DNA of 64,000 bases. It comes from Octopus sinensis. Its lineage: Eukaryota. Under the pieces are notes generated by a model. That model was not told the DNA's origin, did not search any database, and was given only the letters and a program-made list of their open reading frames with translations. Positions 12,130 through 64,000 of the stretch are shown here, piece after piece. The position numbers were made by a program, and so were the translations under genes. The stretch covers positions 76,756,001-76,820,000 of the forward strand of contig NC_043008.1 in NCBI RefSeq assembly GCF_006345805.1, given 5' to 3'. The first letter of the stretch is position 1; each line of letters starts with the position of its first letter.

Positions 12130-14150
12130 GAAGCTCTGCTTTACCAAGCTACGAAGATGAAACAGAGAAAATTACTTAAGGCAGAACAAGGAGGAATCTT
12201 CCATTCATCACCGATCAAATGGTCAACGACTTGAATAGCAAAACACTGTTGTTCACGTCGTTGGGCACGTGATCCATCCATGATGGTAGATTATCTCCCC
12301 ACTTCCTCTGTCTGACAGGGGACCTATTCTCTGACTGGTACTCGCAGCTTGCTAATGCACTACTTAAGCTGCTATATCTAACAATACGAGGATTACACGA
12401 TTGGCTTCTACAAAATAGGGGCATAAAATCATCTGTGGTGGAATATTTAAGTGCAAACGTGACATGAAGATTCATCAAGACAAAGCTAGGTGAAAGGAAT
12501 AACTACAGCAACGAAAAATACATGATACAACCTGATGCCTATTCAAAGCGCATTAAAAATGTCTTTCAATCGAGGGATGGCTTGGCTCAGAAGACAAGCC
12601 ATAATGTCTGGAGTTACTCTTCTCAGCCTACTCAGACCACAAGAAGACTTAAATAATCTGAAAGCCCCAATGGTTTCGAGAAGAAACGACGGCAAAATTT
12701 ACGTCAGCGGCAGGTTTCAGATAGGATCCTTAGGATGAAGACTTAGACATCAAGATGAGTATCATAACAAGATGTCTTTAGCGAAAAGGAAGGAAAGGGA
12801 AAATAAGCGTTATGGACTTGCTAGAAGACAAGCATCAGATTGCAGAACTGTAAAAAGCGCTAAACCAACTGAAATAGAAAGAAACAGATAAAGAAAAAGC
12901 AACCTTAAACCAGTTGAACTCGAGAAAACCTTCTTCACATTCGTAGGACAGAGATAACCCCCAAAAATTAAAAGATGAGGAAACGGGAGCAAAGGAAGGC
13001 CTTTTTAACAACCTCTTCTTGTTCACAAGTGATCTTCTCAGAAGACCAAAAAGTAGAAAGTTGATCTATCCTGTTCTAAGGAAGAAGAAGATGGTGACCC
13101 CAGCAAAGGTATTCTACAGAGAGATTTCCTTTAGAACTGACGACACTCAAGCCACACACCTCTTTCAACATAACAGACTTCACTCTCAACAAAGTAAGGA
13201 TAATATGGTGGCAAAATCTCAAGCAGGATCTGCTCTACGACAATCTGGCATCATGACAAGATTTACCAAAGCTACCCGCTGCTACTGATCAGCCTAGCAA
13301 AACCTTACGAATGACCTAGAAGAAGAAACATGAACCCTAGTACTGGACACTTGCTGAAGGTTGGTTTGTCTTAAAAGAATAAAACTCAGCAGAACTTGAC
13401 CAGTTTCAGATTTATCTATACAATATCATTTCCTAAAGTTTAACGGCATATCTACTTGCCAATAAGCACGGTGACATGAGTGTCTACGTACTCGTATCAA
13501 TGCTTTTAAAATCTGGGGCAAGAAGAAGACCCATTCTGCAAGCGGTGTGAAGCAAATCTTTGCTCTATGGACTACATTTTGTCTAGATGCCCTTGGGCAC
13601 TGGATCGATACAAGAGGTGGCACGACAAGATCCTTACAGAAATCACCAAGTGAACGAACCAATGATATTTAAGGTCAACAAGCAGCAGCTATCACCACCC
13701 AATGATATCAGAGTCTTTAGATTTGATAAGGTTCCTAGGGCAAAAGTAGCAGTTGAGGAATCATTTTTCAGAAACAGTTAGTAGTGACATCGATCCAGCC
13801 AGATGTGTTCCTTCTATTCAGGAGTACAAAAACAATCATCGTGGCTGAACTCACAAAGCTCATGGAGGACAAGCTTGATGTTTCTCACCAAGTGAAGAAA
13901 TCCAGATTTGACTAATAAGGTTCTTCTTGAAGAAGGGAATGCAGACTTATTCCCTACTGAAGTTGGTACCTTCAGTTTCCGGATGAGATCTATACGCTAT
14001 TTCCTGCAGAAGATTTGTTTGGAAGCCAAACAACTGCAGAAAATCACCAGGAAGATTACCTATTTCTTTACTACCCACAAGGGGCTAAACACAGAGAGGA
14101 CAAACAAGGACAATCGCAGCTAAAACCAGTTCACGGCGGTTATGGTTGTC
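12130..14150 (+). mobile_element. Degraded HERO/NeSL-like non-LTR retrotransposon (RLE type)
   Basis: EDPFCKRCEANLCSMDYILSRCPWALDRYKRWHDKIL (CCHC knuckle plus RHD-like motif, about 13525-13640) and QPDVFLL..TKTIIVAELT (PD-(D/E)xK RLE, about 13795-13860); 5' boundary uncertain. Confidence 0.6.
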
Positions 14151-14460
14151 CGCAGCTGAAACCCTTATGTAAGCGAAAACTAATTCAATCCTCGTTTCCC
14201 ATTCAGATAGAGCATACAGGTTAATAGGTGAAACGCTTGCGACCTTGAGTTATTTCAGAAAGATACAGCAGAGTTTTCAACGTTTCGGTAGTCATCATTA
14301 GAAGAGCTTACAAAACCATTAAGTAACTCCTACAATTTGTGTATGTACATACGTATGTATTGCTTACAAACATGCGCTCGCACGCATATATATATATATA
14401 TGTATGTGTGTGGTGTGTGTGTGTGTGTGTGTATGCGGGTGTTTGTATTTATTTATATTA

Positions 14461-14830
14461 TTTTCTTTTATTTGTTTCAATTGTTTGACTGCGACCATGC
14501 TAGAGCACCGCCTTTAGTCGAAGAAATCGACCCCAGGACTTATTACTTGTAAGCTTAGTACTTACTCTATCGGTCTGTCTCGCCTAACCGTTAAGTTTCG
14601 GGGACGTAAACACACCGACATCGGTTGCCAAGCGATGACGGCAGGGGTAAACAGATACACACAAAAATATACATATATATACGACGAGCTTCTTTCAGAT
14701 TCCGTCTACCAAATCCACTCACAAGGTTGGCCTGAGGCTATAGTAGAAGGCACTTGCCCAAGGTGCCACGCAGTGGGTCTCAACCCCATGTGGTTGGGAC
14801 GCAACCTTCTTACTACACAGTCACACCTGC
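14461..14830 (-). mobile_element. SINE family A copy
   Basis: Reverse complement of the SINE at 28259 (…CACTTGCCCAAGGTGCCACGCAGTGG…). Confidence 0.75.
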
Positions 14831-15227
14831 ACCTATATATGTGTGTGTGAGACAGACAGAGAGCGAGAGAGTATTTATATATCTGTGTGTTATGTAATCT
14901 TGCAGAATTAATTTTCATGGTTATTTCAAGATGTGTTGGTGCCAGACCGTCCTCTTTTGTGAATATAGCAATCCAAGTTATTTTAGTACGATATAAATTA
15001 TACGAACATAAATTTTAGTGCCAAAATATTTATTGTAATAATTCCTTAATTACAACATAACTTGATTCCATGAGTTTTCTTTGGCCCAAATATTCTTAAA
15101 TCAGTAATTTCAAGACAAGCAGTAGTTTGGTTAATTACCTAAACTGTGGATAACGACTTCTATCTTGGACCTCTTTAACATCTAATTGATTGACAAGAAA
15201 TGCGATCCCTTATTTGCTCTGAATCTG

Positions 15228-15298
<71 letters not shown>

Positions 15299-16566
15299 TC
15301 TCGTTTGTGTGCCTGCCATTACCACTACTATAACACCTCTCTCCACAACTCACTTTTTTTTATAATTTCCCTACTCGTTCATTCTTATTCTTTCTGCATG
15401 TCTTTATTCTATACCAGTATAATAAACAACTCATCCTCCAGATGACTGACACTTTAACTACTGTCACTCATTCACTATCTGCTGTTTGATGGGGGATTTT
15501 ATGCTTTCTCATTAACGAGTCCTAAGCAATAAGCCAAAACCGTGACTCTAGACTTGGCCTTTTATTTAGAGAGTTATAGCAATCACATCGTGGAAGACTT
15601 ATTTTAACCACTTCAAAAACTGTTATATTCCACTTTTGAATAGTTGTTTAATTATGCTGTCTGCTACGAAGTGTCAAGACGTTTCGTCGAACAATAAATG
15701 AAAAATCAAAAGTAGTTTTGTATGTTCTTAAATGGTGAAATAGCGGCTTTTATATGATTTTTTCCACTTTAATATTGTCCCAGATCAAGTCACGAGTACA
15801 AGTCTTAAATATATATGCGCACGCGCACGCATGTGTGTATGTAAACCTTCAAGCTGATCAAAGAGATCAAGGACCAGTAGTGGTGTTAACCCAGGCAAAC
15901 GGATTAGATCCACGAGCCTAGAACAGTATGATGATGATGATGATTCCATCACCTCTTCAGCTTTCTTAACAACGCTATATTAGTGGTTCTAAATGCTACA
16001 CTGTTGCGCATCTTCTTCACAAGAAGTATCTCGGTCCACTACGTCATATTATAGTCTCATAAGGTGAATCTAGACCCACTATTTTCTATGTCCACCATGA
16101 GTAATAAACATTGTGTAATATTTTAAAAACTCCAATGTTTGATAAATACTGAAAAAACTGTTGATTCTAATTTTGCTTTTCACGATTAGGATTAATAAAA
16201 CAAGATAATCAACGTCAAGGTTCTATATTTCTTTTCTAAAATTTTAAACTTTAAACTTAATTTTTTTTAATAAACTTTATTTGGAGAGCGAACTTTTTCC
16301 CCTTTCCAATGTACACGAAGCCAAAACTATCGAGGCCCACTTTGCTGGGGATTAAACCGGTTACTGTTTTGTCTACATCAATTCAAAGTTGATCTTCAAA
16401 CCAACATATGAAATATGTGCAACACAATATACCATGTCGGACATCGCTTTAAAGAACTGTCTACTGTGGAGGAAGGATACGAGTTGCATTAATTAAAACG
16501 TGACTGTCATACTCGGAACACTGCGGTTACTGTGAAAGTGTGTTGCTACACTAACGAGCTCTTTTG

Positions 16567-17090
16567 ACATGACTCAGTTGGAGTACGGGATTCAAGCCTC
16601 TTCTCCTTATCTCCTCAAGGACATACATCATCTCGAAAGAGTCCAGAAGCTGACTACCCGCATGGTTCTTGGTCTCAAGCATTTGTCTTATGAAGAAAGG
16701 CTGAAGACGCTCGACCTTTATTCTCTAGTAAAAACGCTGCCGCCGTGGTGATCTCATTCTTGCTCACAACATCATAAGCGGAAAGTGTAACCTCTCGAAA
16801 GAGCTGTTCTTCACTCCTGCTCCAGAGCGTCGGCTGCGGGGTCACTCCGAAAAGCTCTATCTGCGACGATTTCATCTCAATCGAAGGAGAGGGGCTTCCT
16901 CCGTCCGGGTTGCGGATCCGTGAATAAACTGCCGGACGAGATAGTGAAGATGCCGACGACCGCTCGGTTCAAAGTCTCTCTTGACCAGAAATGGCCTGAA
17001 CTCTTTGCATGAACACCCTCCCTGTACATAACTCTATGTCCCCCTACATGGCCTTGCTTTTTGCTTTTTGAGCCAAAAAATTAACTTAAC
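16567..17090 (+). mobile_element. CR1-type LINE 3' end
   Basis: QLEYGIQASSPYLLKDIHHLERVQKLTTRMVLGLKHLSYEERLKTLDLYSL..RRRRGDL..RGHSEKL..NKLPDEIV. Confidence 0.8.
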
Positions 17091-18083
17091 TCAACAATAT
17101 TTCAGTCCTTTTTAACTTCATGAGTCAATGCACATAACGTTAAAAAAATTACTGGCGCACTTCACATGGGAAGTTTAATAAACAGTTTTAAAATTCAAAA
17201 TTTGAAAGATATAGAAATCCTACTTTTCCCATATTTCCTTTATCGCACTTCAACATTTTTATTAATAATACTTGTCCCTTATTTAATTAGGATCATCACA
17301 TTTCTACCTCATTTTATAAATTATATTTATTCATTATTTTATTAATCATACTTATATTTTATTTCATTTATCATATTTCTACTTTATTGCACTTATCCTA
17401 CTTCTAGCTAGTTTGTCAAAACGCTAAAACATTTCTGTAGATTTTTTAATGTTTTAATTACATTTTTAATCGTAATTTTAATTCTTTTTTTTAAATGCTA
17501 TGGTATACTGTTTCAGAAATACGGAATTACTAAATATATGATATAATCCGACACAAATCTCAGTTGAAATCTATGTTGCCAAAGATAAAGAATTAACAGC
17601 AACTGCAGTAATTACTTTCTTCTCTACAACTGGAGAGGATGGTGGGGTTGAGTATTGAAGACAATAGGGAATTAGTTGAGATATAAATGGTTTGCACGCC
17701 TATAACAGTGTCTGTGTCTGAAGCACATAATTCTGATGTGCCTCAGACACTACAGGTTAGATGTCCCGATAATTATCTTTAGTTAAGACACTTCTCTCTA
17801 ATATGCTTCAGTCATGCTAGCTGTGAACAGAGACAACATAAACTGCAATATTTTTTGTTCAAATTCGCCAGTGAAAAAGGTTAATTGTAGAAAGACTGAC
17901 TTCTTGACCAGACAGATTGTATATTAGTTGTATCGTAGACTATCCGCCTTTACTTACAAAAGTTGACTTCATAGTTAGTCAAAAGAAATCGATTCACAAT
18001 TTTTATTTATCCGTAACTCAAGTTTTTCAGTGAAATATATGAGAGTTACCTCCCTTACCTTAATTTCGGTGACAGTCGTAAAT

Positions 18084-58844
<40,761 letters not shown>

Positions 58845-58906
58845 ATTCTCTATTAAAAATTCTATGGTATCTTTTTAATTGGTTTTTCTTTACATGTCTA
58901 CCAACT

Positions 58907-58912
58907 AATAAA
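58907..58912 (+). terminator. Candidate polyadenylation signal AATAAA
   Basis: First AATAAA after the stop codon (63 nt downstream); position only, no transcript support. Confidence 0.35.
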
Positions 58913-58914
58913 TA

Positions 58915-60485
58915 ATATCGGTATCAGATTTTGACACAAAACACAATTTTAGGGGAGGAGTATAGTTGATTGTATCAACTCCACCTCTTCTCTGGTACTT
59001 TATTTTATTGACCCTGAATTGACAAAAGGTAAAGTTGACTTCAGTGGAATTTGGAACCTAGAACCATGTTAGTAAGAAGCAAACTTCTTGTCACACAGCC
59101 ATTATTGAATAACAATAATAAACCTTTCCACTATAGGCACCAGTCCTGAAATTTAGAGAATGGAGCAAGTCTATTACATTGACATCAGTGCTCAACTGGT
59201 ACTTATTTTATCAACCCCAAAAAGATGAAAGGCAAAGTCAACTTCAGCAGAATTTGAACTCAGAACATAAAGCCAGCAGAAATGCTGCAAAACATTTTGT
59301 CATACATGCAAACAATTCTGCCAGTTCACTTCACCACCTTGATGATAATCATGATATTAATAGTGGTTTCAAATTTTGGCACAGGGTCAGCAATATCAGA
59401 GGAGCGGGTAAGTCAGTTACATTGCACACACCCCACCCCCCATCCAACTGGCACTTATTCTATCAACCCTGAAAGGATGAAAGACAAAGTTGGTCTCTAT
59501 GAAATTTAAACTCAGAACATAAAGACTGATGAAATACCACTAAACATTTTGTCTGGCATCCTAATGGTTGAACCTTCTCACTACCTGAATGATGATAATA
59601 ATAGTCCTTTCTATAATAGGTACAAGGTCTAAAATTTTGGTAGGGAGGGGTTAGTCAAGTATATCAACTCCAGTACTCCAAAAGGATGAAAGGCAGTCAA
59701 CTTTAGTGGAATTTGAATTCAGAATGCAAAGATGGACAAAATACCACTAAGCATTTTGCCCTGTGTACTAACAATTCTGCCAGCTCACTACCTTAATAAT
59801 AATAATGATGGTTTCAAATTTTGGTAGCAAGTTATTTGATTACATCAATCCCAGTGCTGTAATGATACGTATTTTAGTGACCTGAAATAGTGAAATGCAA
59901 AGTCACACTTGGCAGAATTTCAACTCAGAACATAAAAGTGGATGAAATGTCACAAAGCACTTTGCCTAGCATGCTAACAATCCTGCCAACTCACCACCCT
60001 AATAATAATAACAACAACAACAATAATAATAATAATGGTTTCAAATTTTGGCACAAGGCCAGCAATTTTGGTGAAGGAGATAATCCATTTACATCAATCC
60101 TAGAGATTAACTGGTACTTATTTTATTGAACCATAAAAGGATGAAAGGCAAAACTGACCTCGATAGAATTTGAACTCAGAATGTAAACACAGATGGAATG
60201 CCACAAAGCATTTTGCCCAGTGTAGAAAAAGGATTCTGCCAGCTCACTGCCTGAATAATAATAATAATCCTTTCTTCTATAGGCACAAGGCCTTAAATTT
60301 GGGGGGAGGAGTAAGCCAGTTACATTGGCCCCAGTACTTCACTGGTACTTAATTTATCAACCCCTAAAGGATGAAAGACAAAGTCAACCTCAGCGACATT
60401 TCAACTCAGAATGTGATGACAGACAAAATACCACTAAGCTTTTCATTTAGCATGCTGACAATTCTGCCAGCAATTCACTGCCTGA
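58915..60485 (-). mobile_element. Stack of about 7 head-to-tail family B SINEs separated by (AAT)n-like linkers
   Basis: Recurrent GGATGAAAGGCAAAGTC, GAATTTGAACTCAGAA and TCTGCCAGCTCAC every 200-250 bp. Confidence 0.8.
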
Positions 60486-60496
60486 ATAATGATAAT

Positions 60497-63400
60497 GTTT
60501 TCTTTATTCACCTCTGAGGGTTTGCAAAATACATCAGGGATGGTACAAGACAATACAGTATGGAGTTACATAAATAGAAGCATGCAAACAGTAAAAAACG
60601 ATAACAATATAAATTTTAACAACAAAAAATCCCCCAGAAGTGAGTGACTTTCTAGAGTTCCTTGTGGAGAACCAATATGATCACGGTTTCCTAGCCACTG
60701 GGACAACTGGTGCTTGTTTAGAGTAAGTTCATTCACTCAGATCATTCTTGCCACATTCACCAACCTATCAATAAAATTGCTGGTTGGCAGCACTTTCTTC
60801 ACTACCTTCAACTTCCTATTCAAGTGAAACTTGAAATTGGCCAAAGTATCTGTCTTCAACCTTTTCAATTTGATTCACACAACCTCTTTTGCTAAGGCCA
60901 CCAGAGAGATAAAAACTGCCTGCTCTTCCCTGTGAAAGGAAAGCAGCAAGATAATTTTCACAATGGACTCAATCTAAAGTCAGTTCCATCCTACATCACA
61001 GCAGATGTTTGACATACACCCACAAGTTATCAATGCTCAGGTACAGGACGAGGGTGTACAGAACAGTTTTGTCCCTCAATACTTATCTCCAGCAATCCCA
61101 GCTGACAGTCCTTGCATTCCTAAGTTTATCCCAAACCACCAATTTTTGGAAGTTATCCATGGCCCCTGCCAGAAAGTCCTCCAGAACATACCAGCCAGCT
61201 GATTCTCATCAACACTCACAGTCTCCCCAAGAACGTTGTTACAATTGCTCCACTGACACTCTGCAGAAGGCCAAAGTGGAACTTCCACCGATTGCATTGC
61301 CCTCTGACAAAGGACTACGAGTGGTTGCCTACATTCTAGGCGCCAGGCACCCTTCCTCAGTCTACACTTGATCCAGGCCTGCAGCTCAGTCGAAAAAACG
61401 AGCCGTGGAAGAGCGAGTCTAATAAACAGTGACCACACCATCAAGGAAGCGCTGGAAATGTCGTAGCCTTAGCGCATATCTGCACATCAGCAGCCACTGA
61501 AAGCCCAGTCCTGCATTCAGCGAATGTTGACAAGAAATGCAACGCCTGACAAGTGGAACGCATCTCTTCCACAAAAGGCAGAAGTGTATGCGCTCCAGAC
61601 GTAAATGGGAGCAAAACACGAGGGTCAGCTGAGAAGTTCATAGGCTGACCGAGATACTCACATGGAATAGGACCAAATGGGGTTTACTTTTCAATATAGT
61701 CCCCTTGCAACCGACACACTTCTTCCGTCAAGGTTGCAGTGCTTGGATCCCAGTGGTGAAGAAGCTTTCATCTTCTTGGGCAATAAAGTCAACAACAGCA
61801 GATATGACATCATAATCATTGCGATGCAGGTTCCGAGCCAAGTGCTTTTTCCTATTGGAGAACAGATGGGGGCAAGTTACTGGAATAGGGAAGCTGATCA
61901 ACCAGTTCAAAGCCAGTCACACACAGCTGCCATTGAAACCAAGGACTTGCGTGCTGGAGCATTGTCCTGATGGAACAAAACCCCTTCTGTCAGTTTTCCA
62001 GGGCATTTGGTCTTGATAGCCTTTCTTAATTGCCTCAGCGTGTTGGCACTCTCCATTGATGGTCAATAAACACAATGTCTTTCGCATCCCAAAAAACTTT
62101 GCTGCAGATAAAACACCCTTTGCCTTGGAGCAGATGTGGAGGGGTATTTCAGCAGAATGGATTGTCTCTGTCTCTATGTGATGAATCCAGCACTCATTCT
62201 GGCTTAGGAAATACTCAAGGAAACCAGCTGTATCTGCCTCAAGCAACGTCAGATTTTCCCGTGATGTAATCGGACTGGTGCACTTTTGGTCAAATATCAG
62301 ATGACGTGGCACCCACCGAACTTAAAACTTCATCATGTCAAATTCAATGTGCAAAATATTCTCAACTCTCTCATAAGATATGCTGATAGCATTGGCTATT
62401 TCACTTATAGTCAGTTGCCTGTCATACATCACCATGTGGCGAACGCGATCAATGTTTTCCTCGGTGGTAGCTGTTGCAGGACAGTCAGACCTTTGGGTCA
62501 TCTTCAAAACTCTCCTTTTCCCTCCTAAATTTAGCTGCCTACTGATGTAGCAACCATGTCAGCATGAATATCTTTGTGGGGGCCCAAACCCTTTTTCTAT
62601 AGGTACTTGATAACACTACGATGCCAATTTTTGTTGATTTTGGAGAGAAGTCGCCACCAATTCATTTTGAAGCTTTCTTTGAACAGTCAAATGTTAGTTT
62701 ACCTGGTAAGAAATAATGCAGTTAGTAAGAAAGGTTGAAATTAATGTATGCAAGATTTCACAGCTCTAGCATCACTCCTTCATATTCAGCATATGAACTT
62801 TTCAGTCCACCCTTATATAAGAAAGACAGCTTTCTGTCATCCCATTTCTTGATGAGATTGGTTACCCTACTCGTCACCGCGTCCCATTTCTTCTCTACGT
62901 AAAGATTCGGAGGAAACAAGACCCCAAACAATTTAACTGGTCCTTCTGTCCTGGACTGCAAGGACATGTCTCTTCAGGTGCCGAGCAGCAGGCCACTGAC
63001 TTCTCTTGATTAATTTTTGCTCCAGTCACTGCCCCGTATTCTTTAAGAGCAATGCCAATCTGGTGTATGTACCTGGTATTCTACTCTATGGCGGTGACAA
63101 ATTGTGGCTTTGTCGTCACGTTGCACCTCAGTCACTTGGACCCATCAAACGGCTTTCGTTCTCTCTTATCTTTGAGTACGTGTCTTAGCTCTGACAATGC
63201 ATCCGTCATGCTTAGCGTTGAAGAATTTCGCCGCCTGCCTTTTCTAAGGGCCTCTTTGTTTCTGAGTTTCCGTCTATTTTATTTCTTTTTATCACTAATC
63301 CTTTACTGAACCTAATAGATTCTACTCTGATTGCCCTTTTCATGGCAAACCACCATTTGTTATTGAGGATCGACCCACCCCACTCAGTGCCCGCTTAACT

Positions 63401-64000
63401 AATTCTCCAATCTGATCTCTGTAAGCTTGGGACACCAGGAGTGAAGCATTCAGCTTCCAGTAGCCGGGTCCCTGCCTACGAAGACTAAGTCAACTGCGCA
63501 AATCACAAATTTGTGATCTATGTAGCCGACGATATTGAAAAGTGGACAACTTAAATTATCCTTATCTACTGGTCGACATACAAACTAGATGACTCGATGC
63601 AGTTCGTTCATGTCCACACAGGCACAATCGGGAAATCAAGTCAATACCTATCAGACATTAAAAAACGTCTGAGCAGGTTTGCGAGACTTTGCATCCCAAC
63701 TCTTCTAACAGGTAGTTCCACACAATCTAGACGTACGTCCAAGTCACCCATTAGCACTATAGGTCGAGACATTCCCAGGAAAACCTCCAGACGTCTGAAG
63801 AAATTCGGTTTCCTGCGCCTGTCGGAGCATAGACAGCCACCATTCTGAAAGTACTCCTCTCGCTACTGTTCACATCCAGGACAACCAACTTACCTTCTGG
63901 GTCCAAGAAGATGGTTCTTATCTTGAGATCCCAACCTTTCCGGAACAACTCCGCAGTTTTACCCCTACCCCCACTTCCGGTTGACAAGGAGATAAGTAAA
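60497..64000 (-). mobile_element. Second Tx1/L1-type LINE (APE to 3' end), degraded, interrupted by a mariner, running off the window
   Basis: APE FRMVAVYAP (63757-63987); EGPVKLFGV..EKKWDAVTSRV (62758-62967); LERIHFCLLWKRCVPLVRR (61419-61619), homologous to the Tx1 at 4200-4400; AATAAA 3' end at about 60503. Confidence 0.8.
61617..62817 (-). mobile_element. Degraded mariner nested in the Tx1 element
   Basis: Degenerate TIRs CACGAGGGTCAGCTGAGAAGTTCATAGGCTGA / TATAAGGGTGGACTGAAAAGTTCATATGCTGA; HTH remnant EENIDRVRHMVMYDRQLTISEIA. Confidence 0.8.

Noticed and set aside
14270-14310. Minus-strand CUAAUGA..CCGAAACGUU hammerhead-like motif
   Set aside because: G5 is mutated, stem II is only about 1 bp and stem I is mismatched; at best a relic
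15660-15695. Minus-strand GAAACGUC (palindromic stem III plus C17)
   Set aside because: No CUGANGA core or stem I partner found nearby
18030-18083. Longer N-terminus from the ORF track (GTG at 18030, ATG at 18039)
   Set aside because: Cannot be excluded, but the ATG at 18084 has A at -3 and directly precedes the conserved-looking motif; needs 5' transcript data

Overview
Repeat-rich animal genomic DNA. The SINE, RTE and microsatellite families suggest a coleoid cephalopod such as Octopus; this is an inference from recall, not a database result. One protein-coding gene can be assembled by hand on the + strand: 12 exons from 18084 to 58844, all splice phases consistent, 1785 nt, 594 aa. Its architecture is an N-terminal PYM/eIF2A-C-terminus-like helical motif, an acidic linker, about 7 WD40 repeats, an acidic tail and a C-terminal CaaX box (CHIL). 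The rest is transposable-element derived: Tx1/L1-, CR1-, RTE-, HERO- and R4-type LINEs, Penelope-like elements, five to six mariner elements, tRNA-derived SINEs and microsatellites. Most notable observations: (1) several sequence-unrelated type I hammerhead ribozyme motifs, most with palindromic stem III, including an intact sense-strand one in intron 2 and a 135-bp inverted repeat whose two arms are each a hammerhead; (2) a near-intact CR1-type LINE whose polyQ ORF1 ends on a canonical G_GGA_AAC slippery heptamer, with an ATG-less ORF2 open in the -1 frame; (3) a Tx1-type LINE inserted into a SINE head with a 13-bp target-site duplication; (4) partial duplications of the exon 9 acceptor. Ends of degraded repeats are approximate.
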